A DNA stretch of 13,169 nt from a virus (lineage: Duplodnaviria > Heunggongvirae > Uroviricota > Caudoviricetes). This document shows positions 1 through 8,098 of this stretch, in pieces. Location: positions 1 through 13,169 of the IMG/VR virus record IMGVR_UViG_2721755711_000005; one strand, 5' to 3'. A model generated the notes under the pieces. That model was not told where the DNA came from and did not search any database. It saw only the letters and a list, made by a program, of their open reading frames with translations. Positions within the stretch are counted from its first letter, which is position 1, and every line of letters starts with the position of its first letter. A program made the translations under genes and the position numbers.

Positions 1-1242
1 ATGGCACGAAAAACCACCCCACTAACCATTACGGAGATCAAAAACGCACGGCCAGGGGAAAAGGAATACACCCTGCAGGATGGCGGAGGATTATTTCTTC
101 TGGTGAAGCCCTCCGGATCAAAAATCTGGCGTTTTACGTACTACCGTCCGGCAGATAAAAAACGGACTATTATCAGCCTTGGATCGCTGAATGATGTTTC
201 CCTGTCTGATGCCAGAGAGCGACGGAATGAATACAGGTCACTCATAGCAAAGGGAACTGACCCACAGGACCACGAACGCCGGAAACGTGAAGCAGAGAGC
301 CGGAAAAAGGGCAACACGTTCGAAAAAGTTGCCTCGGACTGGTACGAGATGAAAAAAGGCCAGAATCTGGCTTACAACACGATTAAGGATATCTGGCGAT
401 CCATGGAAAAATACGTATTCCCGTACATCGGAAACACGCCAATAGATACCCTCACCGCTCGCCGCTTTGTTGAGATACTCACCCCCATTAAGGCGCGTGG
501 CAACCTGGAAACCCTGAAACGCGTTTTACAGCGCATCAATGAGGTGATGGATTTTGCTGCCAACAGTGGTCTGATTGACATCAACACCGCCGCGAACGTC
601 CGCAAGGCATTCCCCTCACCCACCAAAAAGCACATGCCAACCATCCGACCGGAACAGCTACCACAGCTAATGCACGATTTATCGGTCGCCAGCATAGAAC
701 GGCAAACCAGATTGCTGATTGAGTGGCAGCTGCTGACCGTTGCACGCCCCGCCGAAGCAGCCGCCGCACGCTGGGAAGAAATAAACCTCGATGCCGAAAC
801 CTGGACGATTCCAGCCGGACGCATGAAGATGCGCCGTGACCATGTGATCCCCCTTTGCGGTCAGGCTATGGCTGTACTGGAAACCATGAAGCCAATCAGC
901 GCACACAGGGAACACGTTTTTCCCAGCCTTAAAAATCCGATGCTACCAATGAGCAGCCAGACCGCTAACGCTGCATTACGCCGGATGGGATACGCTGGTG
1001 TGCTGGTGTCTCACGGATTACGCGCCATATTCAGTACAGCAGCGAACGAGGAAGGATTCGAGCCGGACGTAATCGAGGCCGCACTCGCACACGTGGACAC
1101 GAACGAGGTAAGGCGAGCATATAACCGAAGTAACTACCTGGAAAAGCGCGTGGTGCTTATGCGCTGGTGGGGTGAATTTGTGGAAGCCGCAGCAACCGGA
1201 GTGACCATAGCCAGTGGTAAAAGGGGTATCCGTGCAGTGTAA
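1..1242 (+). CDS. int: Tyrosine-type site-specific integrase, P4/CP4-57 family, with N-terminal arm-binding domain
   Basis: 413-aa ORF. N-terminus (LTITEIKNARPGEKEYTLQDGGGLFLLVKPSGSKIWRFTYY) matches the DUF4102-type arm-binding domain of P4-like integrases. C-terminus carries catalytic-region motifs (HVIPLCGQA, SHGLRAIFST, RAYNRSNYLEKR with the candidate Tyr nucleophile). Window starts exactly at the ATG. Confidence 0.93.
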   Translation: MARKTTPLTITEIKNARPGEKEYTLQDGGGLFLLVKPSGSKIWRFTYYRPADKKRTIISLGSLNDVSLSDARERRNEYRSLIAKGTDPQDHERRKREAESRKKGNTFEKVASDWYEMKKGQNLAYNTIKDIWRSMEKYVFPYIGNTPIDTLTARRFVEILTPIKARGNLETLKRVLQRINEVMDFAANSGLIDINTAANVRKAFPSPTKKHMPTIRPEQLPQLMHDLSVASIERQTRLLIEWQLLTVARPAEAAAARWEEINLDAETWTIPAGRMKMRRDHVIPLCGQAMAVLETMKPISAHREHVFPSLKNPMLPMSSQTANAALRRMGYAGVLVSHGLRAIFSTAANEEGFEPDVIEAALAHVDTNEVRRAYNRSNYLEKRVVLMRWWGEFVEAAATGVTIASGKRGIRAV

Positions 1243-1343
1243 CTGTACAAAAAACCAGTACAACCAGTGCAAACCATGCTAAACCATCGTATAATCACCA
1301 CATACAGAGAGACCCGACTCTTGAAATTCAAGGAGTTATCCGA

Positions 1344-1586
1344 GTGTTTTTCAATGAAAAGGTATCCCCTGCCTATGGTGAAGGCCTTCAGTTGGCCTTA
1401 ATGGCAAATCGTGAATTCTGGTCAACGTACGATCCGGAAGACAAATCAACAGCCCCCACAAAACACGAGGTAGTCAGTTTTTTGCGCTCGCGTGGCGCAT
1501 CGAAAAATCTGGCTGAAAGCATCGACAAGGTGCTGAGACCCACCAGCCTTAAATGCGGTGGGCGACCTAAGAAGTGGAAGCGGTAA
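1344..1586 (+). CDS. Hypothetical small protein (80 aa), GTG start
   Basis: ORF with AGGAG at 1332-1336, 7 nt before the GTG, followed by a rho-independent terminator. No family recognised. Confidence 0.4.
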   Translation: MFFNEKVSPAYGEGLQLALMANREFWSTYDPEDKSTAPTKHEVVSFLRSRGASKNLAESIDKVLRPTSLKCGGRPKKWKR

Positions 1587-1591
1587 TCACA

Positions 1592-1621
1592 ATAGCGGCC
1601 CCTTGCGGTCGCTATTTTTTT
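1592..1621 (+). terminator. Rho-independent terminator
   Basis: Hairpin ATAGCGGCC / GGTCGCTAT with a 6-nt loop, followed by a run of 7 T. Confidence 0.6.
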
Positions 1622-1655
1622 GCAAAAAGAAAGCGTAATCAATGAGATAAAAAAC

Positions 1656-1692
1656 AGTGGGTACCGTTTTAAAACGGTGGGTACTGTTTTTC
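1656..1692. promoter_or_regulatory. Putative operator upstream of alpA: direct repeats flanking a 16-bp palindrome
   Basis: Two copies of GTGGGTAC(C/T)GTTTT at 1657-1670 and 1677-1690. A perfect palindrome ACCGTTTTAAAACGGT at 1663-1678 lies between them, about 65 bp upstream of the alpA start. Confidence 0.4.
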
Positions 1693-1755
1693 CCGCCCTG
1701 CCCTGTTTTACCGTATTTATCACCGGAATACGCCGGATTAATGAGGTAAAACACG

Positions 1756-1962
1756 ATGGAAGTAATCAGAAAAATTCTTACCCGTCAGGAAGTAAAAAAT
1801 ATTCTGCGCATCAAGGCAGACAGTTCGCTACAGGACATGATCAACGCCGGAAAATTCCCGAAAGGCTTCAAAATCGGTCTGCGTCGTGTTGGCTGGTATG
1901 AAGATGAGGTGCTGGCCTGGCTGAAAGAACGCGAGGAAGAAGCGCGCGGAACGGCTGCGTAA
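1756..1962 (+). CDS. alpA: AlpA-family (Phage_AlpA) transcriptional regulator / excisionase-like HTH protein
   Basis: 68 aa. ILTRQEVKNILRI...FPKGFKIGLRRVGWYEDEVLAWLKER matches the AlpA signature (helix-turn-helix followed by VGW-E-E---WL--R). GAGGT RBS 8 nt upstream. Position just after int is typical. Confidence 0.85.
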   Translation: MEVIRKILTRQEVKNILRIKADSSLQDMINAGKFPKGFKIGLRRVGWYEDEVLAWLKEREEEARGTAA

Positions 1963-2238
1963 TGGTGTGAGGCGTAACACAATGAACATAACAAAAAGCG
2001 CCCCATTGCCGGAGCGCCCTTGCGAACAATTAGCCTGCCGCACCAAAAATAAATATGTGCAGGGGAATTATATCAACCGTGTGGCGAAGCGCCACAATTG
2101 CCGGATAACGGGCAAAACAAAGGCGACCGCAAAGGGTCGCCAGTGGATATTACGGCAAATCAAACTTGAACGCATCGCCAACAATGCCACATTTGCGGCT
2201 GGTGAGCAATGTGATCAGCGTGCTGGTTTGCTGGTGGG

Positions 2239-2436
2239 CTATTCCTGCTCTTTAGCATCGCCATGCTGCGATGTTTTCCAGGTATGCGATCCCATTTTTG
2301 TGCGCCTGTACTCTTTAAGGAACTTCTCAAGGACAAACGCACATGGCGCGAATCTTTCCTGTTCATGTTCGCTTACCGCGTTTTTGCGTTGTTTTTTCCT
2401 GGATGAAGATAATTTCTTTAATGATTTGTCAGTCAT
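2239..2436 (-). CDS. Hypothetical small basic protein (65 aa), paralogous 3' end to neighbouring small gene
   Basis: Lys/Arg-rich ORF ending ...DAKEQE. Its last codons and stop share DNA identity with the 3' end of gene 2494-2673 (TCCTGCTCTTT core). Confidence 0.4.
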   Translation of the reverse strand: MTDKSLKKLSSSRKKQRKNAVSEHEQERFAPCAFVLEKFLKEYRRTKMGSHTWKTSQHGDAKEQE

Positions 2437-2493
2437 CGTAGATACCTGTAACCCTGTGCGCCACAGTTCACCGCACCACGGCGCTGGTGATGG

Positions 2494-2673
2494 TTACTCC
2501 TGCTCTTTGGCCTTGCGCCGCTGGCGGTACTCAACTTCTCGCTTTAATGCTGCTGTTACAAACTGCCCTGTACTTTCACCAGGCATTTTTACCGCCTCAA
2601 CATTGTTCATAACTTCATGCGGAACCCTTGCCGCAACTGTTTGTGATTTTGCGTTTACTGCTTTTGTCGCCAT
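2494..2673 (-). CDS. Small putative DNA-binding protein (59 aa from ATG 2673; possibly ribbon-helix-helix-like), candidate repressor
   Basis: ORF track starts at GTG 2682, but the in-frame ATG at 2673 has a GAGGGG RBS 8-9 nt upstream. Sequence MATKAVNAKSQTVAARVPHEVMNNVEAV...QFVTAALKREVEYRQRRKAKEQE has a beta-helix-helix-like pattern. Divergent from the operator at 2724-2775. Confidence 0.5.
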   Translation of the reverse strand: MATKAVNAKSQTVAARVPHEVMNNVEAVKMPGESTGQFVTAALKREVEYRQRRKAKEQE

Positions 2674-2723
2674 GTTGTGCACCCCTCACAAAAAACAAAT
2701 GCAGTATGCAGGAAAAAAAATAA

Positions 2724-2775
2724 GTGTTCAACACTTGACGTGTTTAACACCTAGATTTAAATTGGTGTTCAACAC
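2724..2775. promoter_or_regulatory. Operator: three 11-bp palindromes GTGTT(C/T)AACAC in a divergent promoter region
   Basis: GTGTTCAACAC at 2724-2734, GTGTTTAACAC at 2740-2750, GTGTTCAACAC at 2765-2775. TTGACG at 2735-2740 (-35-like) lies between sites 1 and 2; TAAATT at 2758-2763 is a possible -10 after a 17-bp spacer. Confidence 0.6.
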
Positions 2776-2872
2776 CTTATTAATGCAAGGTGCAGAAACG
2801 ACGAAACCCGGCAGTGCGCGAACACTAACCGGGCTTCTAACCACCAACGATAGCAAGATTATCGAGGTAGCT

Positions 2873-3235
2873 ATGAGAAATCATAACCAAACTAAACCCG
2901 AATTTATATACACCTTTACGGCGCTACACCGAGATCGCATGGCTGACGGCGCAACTACGGTACATGTAGCCGCTGACACGCTGGTTGATGCCAGCAGGAT
3001 GGTTAAAGAGATGGGCTACGTTGCGGCGTTCTGGAAAGGGCGCGAAGAAAACACGCTGTTTATTCAGAAATGCGAAAACAATTTTATCTGGCGTTTTATC
3101 GCCCTGAGCACGGCGCAACCGCGCATGATTACCATTGAGGCCACCAGCGAACAGGAAGCACGCCAGCAATCCCCGGCTGGCTGCGTGATGGTATTCGCCG
3201 CCCGTATTCGTCAGGGGGTGCACCATGTGCAATAA
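2873..3235 (+). CDS. Hypothetical protein (120 aa), first gene of plus-strand replication operon
   Basis: In-frame ATG at 2873 within the long ORF 1967-3235, with GAGGT 4 nt upstream. The upstream part of that ORF overlaps the two minus-strand genes and the operator, so only this 3' part is called. Confidence 0.45.
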   Translation: MRNHNQTKPEFIYTFTALHRDRMADGATTVHVAADTLVDASRMVKEMGYVAAFWKGREENTLFIQKCENNFIWRFIALSTAQPRMITIEATSEQEARQQSPAGCVMVFAARIRQGVHHVQ

Positions 3236-3455
3236 AAACACGCCGGACGCAGCAGGCGAAGCATTGAAAGTACTGATACATGCGCTTGTGGATATAAATT
3301 GCATGGTAGAGATCATGGAGAAGAAATCACAGTCGGAGTACGACAAAAGAAAATTTAAAACAATAAAAATAATTACCAAAAACTCACTGACAAAAGCTAC
3401 AGACATCCTCAATGAGGACACTAAAAGAATCAGGGAGAAACTGTGTGATGCATAA
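3225..3455 (+). CDS. Hypothetical small protein (76 aa), largely AT-rich
   Basis: ATG overlaps the stop of the upstream gene; AGGGGGTG RBS. Lys-rich product; the gene runs into a strongly AT-rich patch. Confidence 0.4.
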   Translation: MCNKNTPDAAGEALKVLIHALVDINCMVEIMEKKSQSEYDKRKFKTIKIITKNSLTKATDILNEDTKRIREKLCDA

Positions 3456-3675
3456 AATACCTTTTGATGTTCTTATTCATTCTGAAAACGCATTAATCCG
3501 CGCAAAGGAAATGGAGGCATTATTACTTAAGTTAATGGAAGTGCCGGAAAATGGCGATGAATCATATCCCATGATGTTTTCTGCCGTGCACACATTATTA
3601 ACGCCAGTAATTAACGAATTAAATACGGTGATGGCAATTCACGAGAATAATAAAGCGCATCACACCGGAGAATAA
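3448..3675 (+). CDS. Hypothetical small protein (75 aa from ATG 3448), AT-rich
   Basis: ORF track starts at 3412, but ATG 3448 has an AGGGAGAA RBS about 8 nt upstream and overlaps the stop of the preceding ORF by 8 nt (translational coupling). No family recognised. Confidence 0.45.
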   Translation: MHKIPFDVLIHSENALIRAKEMEALLLKLMEVPENGDESYPMMFSAVHTLLTPVINELNTVMAIHENNKAHHTGE

Positions 3676-3680
3676 AAACC

Positions 3681-3980
3681 ATGAAACAGAAAATTTCTGA
3701 CTTTACTGCCAGCGGCCTCCCTCGGTCTGAAATCCGCCCCGGCGATATTTTCCGGGATAACTACGGCGGCACGGTAACGATTAAACACGTGGCGGGACGG
3801 TGCGTTACTTACCGCCGTGATGGGTACGGCTATGACTGCGTGATGCCTGCTTATCAGTTCCGGCGTGATTTTTCCCTGGTACAGGCAGCGCAACGCAGTA
3901 AGCCCACCAGCAGGGAAAAAGCACGGGAAAATATTAAGAAAATAAAAAGCATGCTCAGCGCATCCAGAGGTAAAAAATGA
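3681..3980 (+). CDS. Hypothetical protein (99 aa)
   Basis: GGAG RBS upstream. Stop overlaps the start of the helicase gene (3977) by 4 nt. Confidence 0.5.
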   Translation: MKQKISDFTASGLPRSEIRPGDIFRDNYGGTVTIKHVAGRCVTYRRDGYGYDCVMPAYQFRRDFSLVQAAQRSKPTSREKARENIKKIKSMLSASRGKK

Positions 3981-5383
3981 AACTGGCACCGAACGTAAAA
4001 CTGTTACCGAAAGATAAACACACTGAGGCGGTTATTTTTGCGGGTGATAATGCTCACTCCTTTGCAGAACATTACATGATTGCACAGGCCAAAAAAGCAG
4101 GCGATCCCATCCCTCCGGTTTACCTGGGCCGTTATCAGTTAAGCGAACTGGACAACTTACAGATTGTTGATGAAGGACGATACAGAGCAAAGGTCATACG
4201 CGCCGGAAACCTGGACGATATGCAGATGCTGACCATTGCCACAAAACTGGCGATCGCCGGAGTCCAGGAGGCGCGGCTACTTTCTGAAAATTTCGAACTG
4301 CTGGAGAACTGGAGCGACCAACTACCACGACTACGGGAAACATGGGAGAGAGGGGAAAGCCTGGTCATGAATGGCAGAAAGCGAAAAATCACGCTTCCCA
4401 TCTCATGGGGTTCTGAGGGATTCGACGCGCAGCAAAGCTACGTAATTAAGGGGCTTATTCCGGCTGAATCATTATGCAGCACCTACGGCGCGAGTGGTTC
4501 CTATAAATCGTTCCTCGCCATTTCCTGGTCGTGCCATGTTGCCACAGGTATGGCATGGGGAGGCCGCAGGGTAAGTAAGGGCGCGGTTATCTATATCGCT
4601 GGTGAAGGCAGCATGGGCGTAAAACGCCGCGTAAAGGCGTGGGAGATAACCCACGACAAGGTGGTTACAGATTTGTGCATCATTAACGCGCCGGTATTCC
4701 CTGCATCGCCTGACTATGTGGAGCAGGTTATCAGGACTGCCGGACTTGTTAAGAGCAGAACGGGCGAAAATGTGCGGCTGATTGTGATCGACACGCTGGC
4801 CCGTTGCTTTGGTGGGAATGATGAAAATGATTCCCGTGATATGGGCGCATTTATCCAGGGGTGTGACGCGATAAAGCAGGCCACAGGGGCCACGGTGCTG
4901 GTGGTTCACCATTCCGGCAAGGATGAAACAAAGGGGGCGCGTGGTTCCAGCGCATTCCGTGCCGCGCTTGATGCAGAGTACCGAATCAGCCGGGAAAATT
5001 CAGACGTTACAGCACTGGTGGCGGCGTGTACGAAGATGAAGGACGCAGAGGAGCCAAAAGAAAGCGCATACGACCTTAAAAGCGTGGAGGTGTTCACCGA
5101 TACAGATGGCGAAGAGATTGTGTCTATGGTGGTGATTGACGTTCCCCGCGCCCCTGCTGAACTGGAACGCATCGAGGAGGCCGGGAACAAGACGGAGAAT
5201 CACGCCGCATTATGGCAGTGCATCAGAACGCGGACGGCACACGGGGAATCATGCACTATTGCCCTGCTGCGCGACGATATGAAAAAGCTGGGGTATGAGA
5301 TGAAGCACTTCCGGCGCTGGCTGTACAAGCTGGAAAAAGACGGCGTGATCACTATCGACGGCAATGACGTGCATCCACTGTAA
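3977..5383 (+). CDS. Replication protein with RecA-fold ATPase domain (AAA_25 / RepA-like helicase)
   Basis: 468 aa. Walker A YGASGSYKS, Walker B RLIVIDTLARCF, and a VLVVHHSGKDETKGARGSSA sensor region typical of RepA/DnaB-like AAA_25 ATPases. Immediately followed by an iteron array. Confidence 0.8.
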   Translation: MKLAPNVKLLPKDKHTEAVIFAGDNAHSFAEHYMIAQAKKAGDPIPPVYLGRYQLSELDNLQIVDEGRYRAKVIRAGNLDDMQMLTIATKLAIAGVQEARLLSENFELLENWSDQLPRLRETWERGESLVMNGRKRKITLPISWGSEGFDAQQSYVIKGLIPAESLCSTYGASGSYKSFLAISWSCHVATGMAWGGRRVSKGAVIYIAGEGSMGVKRRVKAWEITHDKVVTDLCIINAPVFPASPDYVEQVIRTAGLVKSRTGENVRLIVIDTLARCFGGNDENDSRDMGAFIQGCDAIKQATGATVLVVHHSGKDETKGARGSSAFRAALDAEYRISRENSDVTALVAACTKMKDAEEPKESAYDLKSVEVFTDTDGEEIVSMVVIDVPRAPAELERIEEAGNKTENHAALWQCIRTRTAHGESCTIALLRDDMKKLGYEMKHFRRWLYKLEKDGVITIDGNDVHPL

Positions 5384-5585
5384 AAGTGGGGGATAAAAGT
5401 GGGGATAGCGGGGAATTTAACAAAATTGAAACGCTATTCCCCACTTTCTGGCCTGTATACATCCAAAAAAGTGGGGAGTAAAAAATACAATGAAAAACAA
5501 AGAATTAGACTTACCCAAAAAACGAGGTGGGAAGCAAGTGGGAAATTTTAAAAGTGGGGAACAAAAGTGGGGGTAGTGGGGAATG
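5384..5585. repeat. Iteron array, putative satellite replication origin
   Basis: About 8 direct copies of AAAGTGGGGA-like units (5384-5395, 5395-5407, 5465-5478, 5524-5534, 5535-5545, 5549-5560, 5563-5573, 5574-5585) plus one inverted copy CCCCACTTT at 5439-5447, with AT-rich spacers, directly downstream of the helicase gene. Confidence 0.8.
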
Positions 5586-6356
5586 AATAAAGAAAATATG
5601 ACCTGTCAGGGGATGAGCTACAAAGAACGCGAAGCACTCAAGGCCTTTGCGGGGCAGTGTGAGAAGCACGGAGATATACAGAGCCTAACCAGAACGCTGG
5701 TCATGATTGCGCACTGGATGCGACAGAGCAAGGCGGTGAGTTTTACGGAATACGCCAGCCAGTGGACAGAGGCACAGCGTGAACGGAGCGACGGCAATCA
5801 CTCAACACCCGAAATGGCGAAGCAATGGCCTTTCAGTGGTAAACGGTGCATCAATCCGGGCGGATCTGATTATTACCCGTGCGGAACAGAAAAAGAGCGA
5901 CAGAATGATGAGGTGGAAATTAAACACGCAGTAACGGTAATTCTTGCCGCTTACCCATTTTTTAACCGCGATGGACTTGAACTGTACAGCCGTGATAAGG
6001 CATGGGTGCACCCACTTGATTATGCGCCCTTCATGGCGGAGGCGATGAGCTGTTTACGCTGGATAAGGGAGAACAACCTTACCGACTGTAAGATTGCATC
6101 ATTCCCTGGAAAAAATCCGACATCCTACGGCCTGAAACATTGTGTTGAGCGTGTGAATCAGAGAAGAGCTAAGGGCGACGGGCAACCAACAGAGCCGACA
6201 TACATCACAAACGGCGCATTAATCGCCGCAATGGTCGCATCGGGTTATCGGGTGAAGCGAACGGGAAGAATGAACTGCCTGTTTAATATCTCACACAAAC
6301 AGCTTAAGCGCGCACTGATGACAGGACCAGTAAAAACCGGAGAACAGACAGCATGA
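5583..6356 (+). CDS. Hypothetical protein (257 aa); start codon uncertain
   Basis: Long ORF whose stop overlaps the SSB start. Weak RBS at the first ATG; alternative in-frame starts at Met6 and Met11. No family recognised. Confidence 0.55.
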   Translation: MNKENMTCQGMSYKEREALKAFAGQCEKHGDIQSLTRTLVMIAHWMRQSKAVSFTEYASQWTEAQRERSDGNHSTPEMAKQWPFSGKRCINPGGSDYYPCGTEKERQNDEVEIKHAVTVILAAYPFFNRDGLELYSRDKAWVHPLDYAPFMAEAMSCLRWIRENNLTDCKIASFPGKNPTSYGLKHCVERVNQRRAKGDGQPTEPTYITNGALIAAMVASGYRVKRTGRMNCLFNISHKQLKRALMTGPVKTGEQTA

Positions 6357-6775
6357 CAGCACAGATAGCGGCTTACGGGCGGCTGGTGGCTGACCCGCAG
6401 TTAAAGACCACCAGCAAAGGGACACAAATGGCGATGGCGAGTATGGCGGTTCCCCTGCCGTGCAGCCAGGCAGATGACGGAACGGCGACGATGTGGTTAT
6501 CCGTCCTGGCGTTTGGCAGACAGGCCGACGCACTGGCCAGACACCACAAAGGCGAACTGGTGAGCGTGGCGGGTAACATGCAGGTAAGCCAGTGGACAGG
6601 CCAGAACGGCGAAACGCGGCAGGGCTGGCAGGTTATCGCAGACAGCGTAATCAGTGCGCGAACGGCGCGACCGGGCGGCAAAAAAGGTCAACAGGGCCAG
6701 GCTACTGACGCGCTGAACAGGGCAAAACAACAGGCGGGTAATGATGATCCGTACGGGGACAACATACCGTTTTAA
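6353..6775 (+). CDS. ssb: Single-stranded DNA-binding protein (short SSB)
   Basis: 140 aa. N-terminal OB-fold-like region (AAYGRLVADPQLKTT...), Gly/Gln-rich linker and an acidic C-terminal tail DDPYGDNIPF resembling the canonical SSB tip DDDIPF. Confidence 0.8.
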   Translation: MTAQIAAYGRLVADPQLKTTSKGTQMAMASMAVPLPCSQADDGTATMWLSVLAFGRQADALARHHKGELVSVAGNMQVSQWTGQNGETRQGWQVIADSVISARTARPGGKKGQQGQATDALNRAKQQAGNDDPYGDNIPF

Positions 6776-6811
6776 TTCACAACAGCGAACAGAGTTATTA
6801 CAGGGGAAAGC

Positions 6812-7336
6812 ATGACAAAGCTGACCATTAACCGAAAACCGAAAGGCATTTACGGCACGCTGCAGAAAACGACGCAGGCGATACAGCAGCAGGATAAAAC
6901 CACATCGGCGCATAAAGTGATACCCGGCAATCAGAACGCACAGCAGAAGCCCACAGGGGCGACACCGTGGCGGCATATGACCAAACGCCAGCGCAAAAAC
7001 CGCAGACGCGTTAATCGCCTCACTGAGATGTGGCCTGACTTATTCAGCCGGGAAGCGCCAAAACCGCTGAAGGTGGGGATATTCGACGACCTTATGCAGG
7101 ATATCGCCGTCAGGGGGCTGGCATTCGGGCCGGGGGCATTACGTGCGACGCTGGCATCTTATACGCAGTCTCCGCGCTATTACCGCGCCTTAATGGCTGG
7201 TGGGGTACGCTACGACCTGAAAGGCCAGCCATATGGGGAGGTTACACCACAGGAACAGCAGGAGGCAGAAACGCGGCTGATGGCACTGAATGAGAAGCGC
7301 AAACGCCGGGCAGCAAAGGAGAAGACGGGCACGTGA
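6812..7336 (+). CDS. ProQ/FinO-domain RNA-binding protein
   Basis: 174 aa. PLKVGIFDDLMQDIAVRG...LRATLASYTQSPRYYRALMAGGVRYDLKGQPYGEV aligns with the ProQ N-terminal FinO-like domain (PLKIGIFQDL...[35 protein letters not shown]). Basic C-terminal tail. Confidence 0.8.
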   Translation: MTKLTINRKPKGIYGTLQKTTQAIQQQDKTTSAHKVIPGNQNAQQKPTGATPWRHMTKRQRKNRRRVNRLTEMWPDLFSREAPKPLKVGIFDDLMQDIAVRGLAFGPGALRATLASYTQSPRYYRALMAGGVRYDLKGQPYGEVTPQEQQEAETRLMALNEKRKRRAAKEKTGT

Positions 7337-7608
7337 TTCACGACAGCAAAGCGGAAGAACTGGAGGCTAAAGGGCTGTACCGAAGAGCGGCGGCGCGGTG
7401 GGCTGAGGTTATGCAACTGGTGAACACCGATAAGGAGCGCGAACAGGCGGCAAAGCGTCGCGCGGAATGTATCCGTAAGGCAGCACGCTCACCCGTTATG
7501 GCGGATAACTTCGGGGCGCTGAAAGAGGCTGTAAACCGCACTCATGCGGTGATGGGGATGGAAGACGCGGGTAAATCCGTCTGGCGGAACTACCCGAAGC
7601 AGCCCTGA
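7333..7608 (+). CDS. PerC/Pch-family transcriptional activator-like protein, GTG start
   Basis: 91 aa. KAEELEAKGLYRRAAARWAEVM...EREQAAKRRAECIRKA...AVNRTHAVMG matches my recollection of the PerC/Pch signature (LE-GL-RRAA-W--VM...RR--C...NRT). AAGGAG 11 nt upstream; overlaps the stop of the ProQ-like gene. Confidence 0.65.
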   Translation: MIHDSKAEELEAKGLYRRAAARWAEVMQLVNTDKEREQAAKRRAECIRKAARSPVMADNFGALKEAVNRTHAVMGMEDAGKSVWRNYPKQP

Positions 7609-7705
7609 CAGTAACCAGTGATGCCGGATATTATCCTGAAAAATGGCCATCACTCCCGTGGGCGGATAACATAAAATCCCGCATATGCGCACATACACAG
7701 ACGAA

Positions 7706-7728
7706 GCCGGAACACTCCGGCTTTTTTT
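7706..7728 (+). terminator. Rho-independent terminator ending the replication operon
   Basis: GCCGGA-ACAC-TCCGGC hairpin followed by a run of 7 T. Confidence 0.75.
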
Positions 7729-7805
7729 ACGGGTCCTCCTGATGGGGTACCCTTACCGCGGGGCGACGGACGCGCGGAAAACGGCTAATTTTTGAATTTT
7801 TATCG
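7722..7805 (+). repeat. cos-like element A (cosQ-like plus degenerate cosN-like), paired in inverted orientation with 12515-12595
   Basis: TTTACGGGTCCTCC...CGCGGGGCGACGGACGCGCGGAAAACGGCTAATTTTTGAATTTTT resembles the bona fide cos at 8548-8640. Its reverse complement recurs at about 90% identity at 12515-12595. Confidence 0.6.
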
Positions 7806-8074
7806 GTCATCACCACCAGCGCAATTTATTGATAATGAAGGTTAAAAAAATTCCTGGTGTCGAAAACGCCTGTTTTTTGTTCACCACTGAATCATGCCGC
7901 ATCACGATAACCCACAAGGCTGGTGGTGATGCGTTATGCTCCCTACGTTGCCATCCTCCTGACCTCATGGCATTATCCGGCGTGAACGAGCGGTTATTCT
8001 CCGTACTCTTAATCGTTGTTCATGGTTATTTGCTTTGTGGTAGCTTACATTTCCTGATGGTTATTATCCTTCCA

Positions 8075-8098
8075 CCCCGTAATCACGGGGTTTTTTTT
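8075..8098 (+). terminator. Rho-independent terminator in the non-coding region upstream of cos
   Basis: CCCCG-TAATCA-CGGGG hairpin followed by a run of 8 T. Lies inside the compositionally implausible ORF 7829-8167. Confidence 0.55.

Noticed and set aside
1967-3235. 422-aa plus-strand ORF spanning the alpA-to-operon interval
   Set aside because: It reads through two better-supported minus-strand small genes and the operator palindromes. Only its 3' portion from ATG 2873 has an RBS and is called as a gene.
5384-5585. Possible CRISPR array (short direct repeats)
   Set aside because: Units are about 10-12 bp with irregular short spacers and one inverted copy, adjacent to a replication helicase. 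This fits iterons, not CRISPR repeats.
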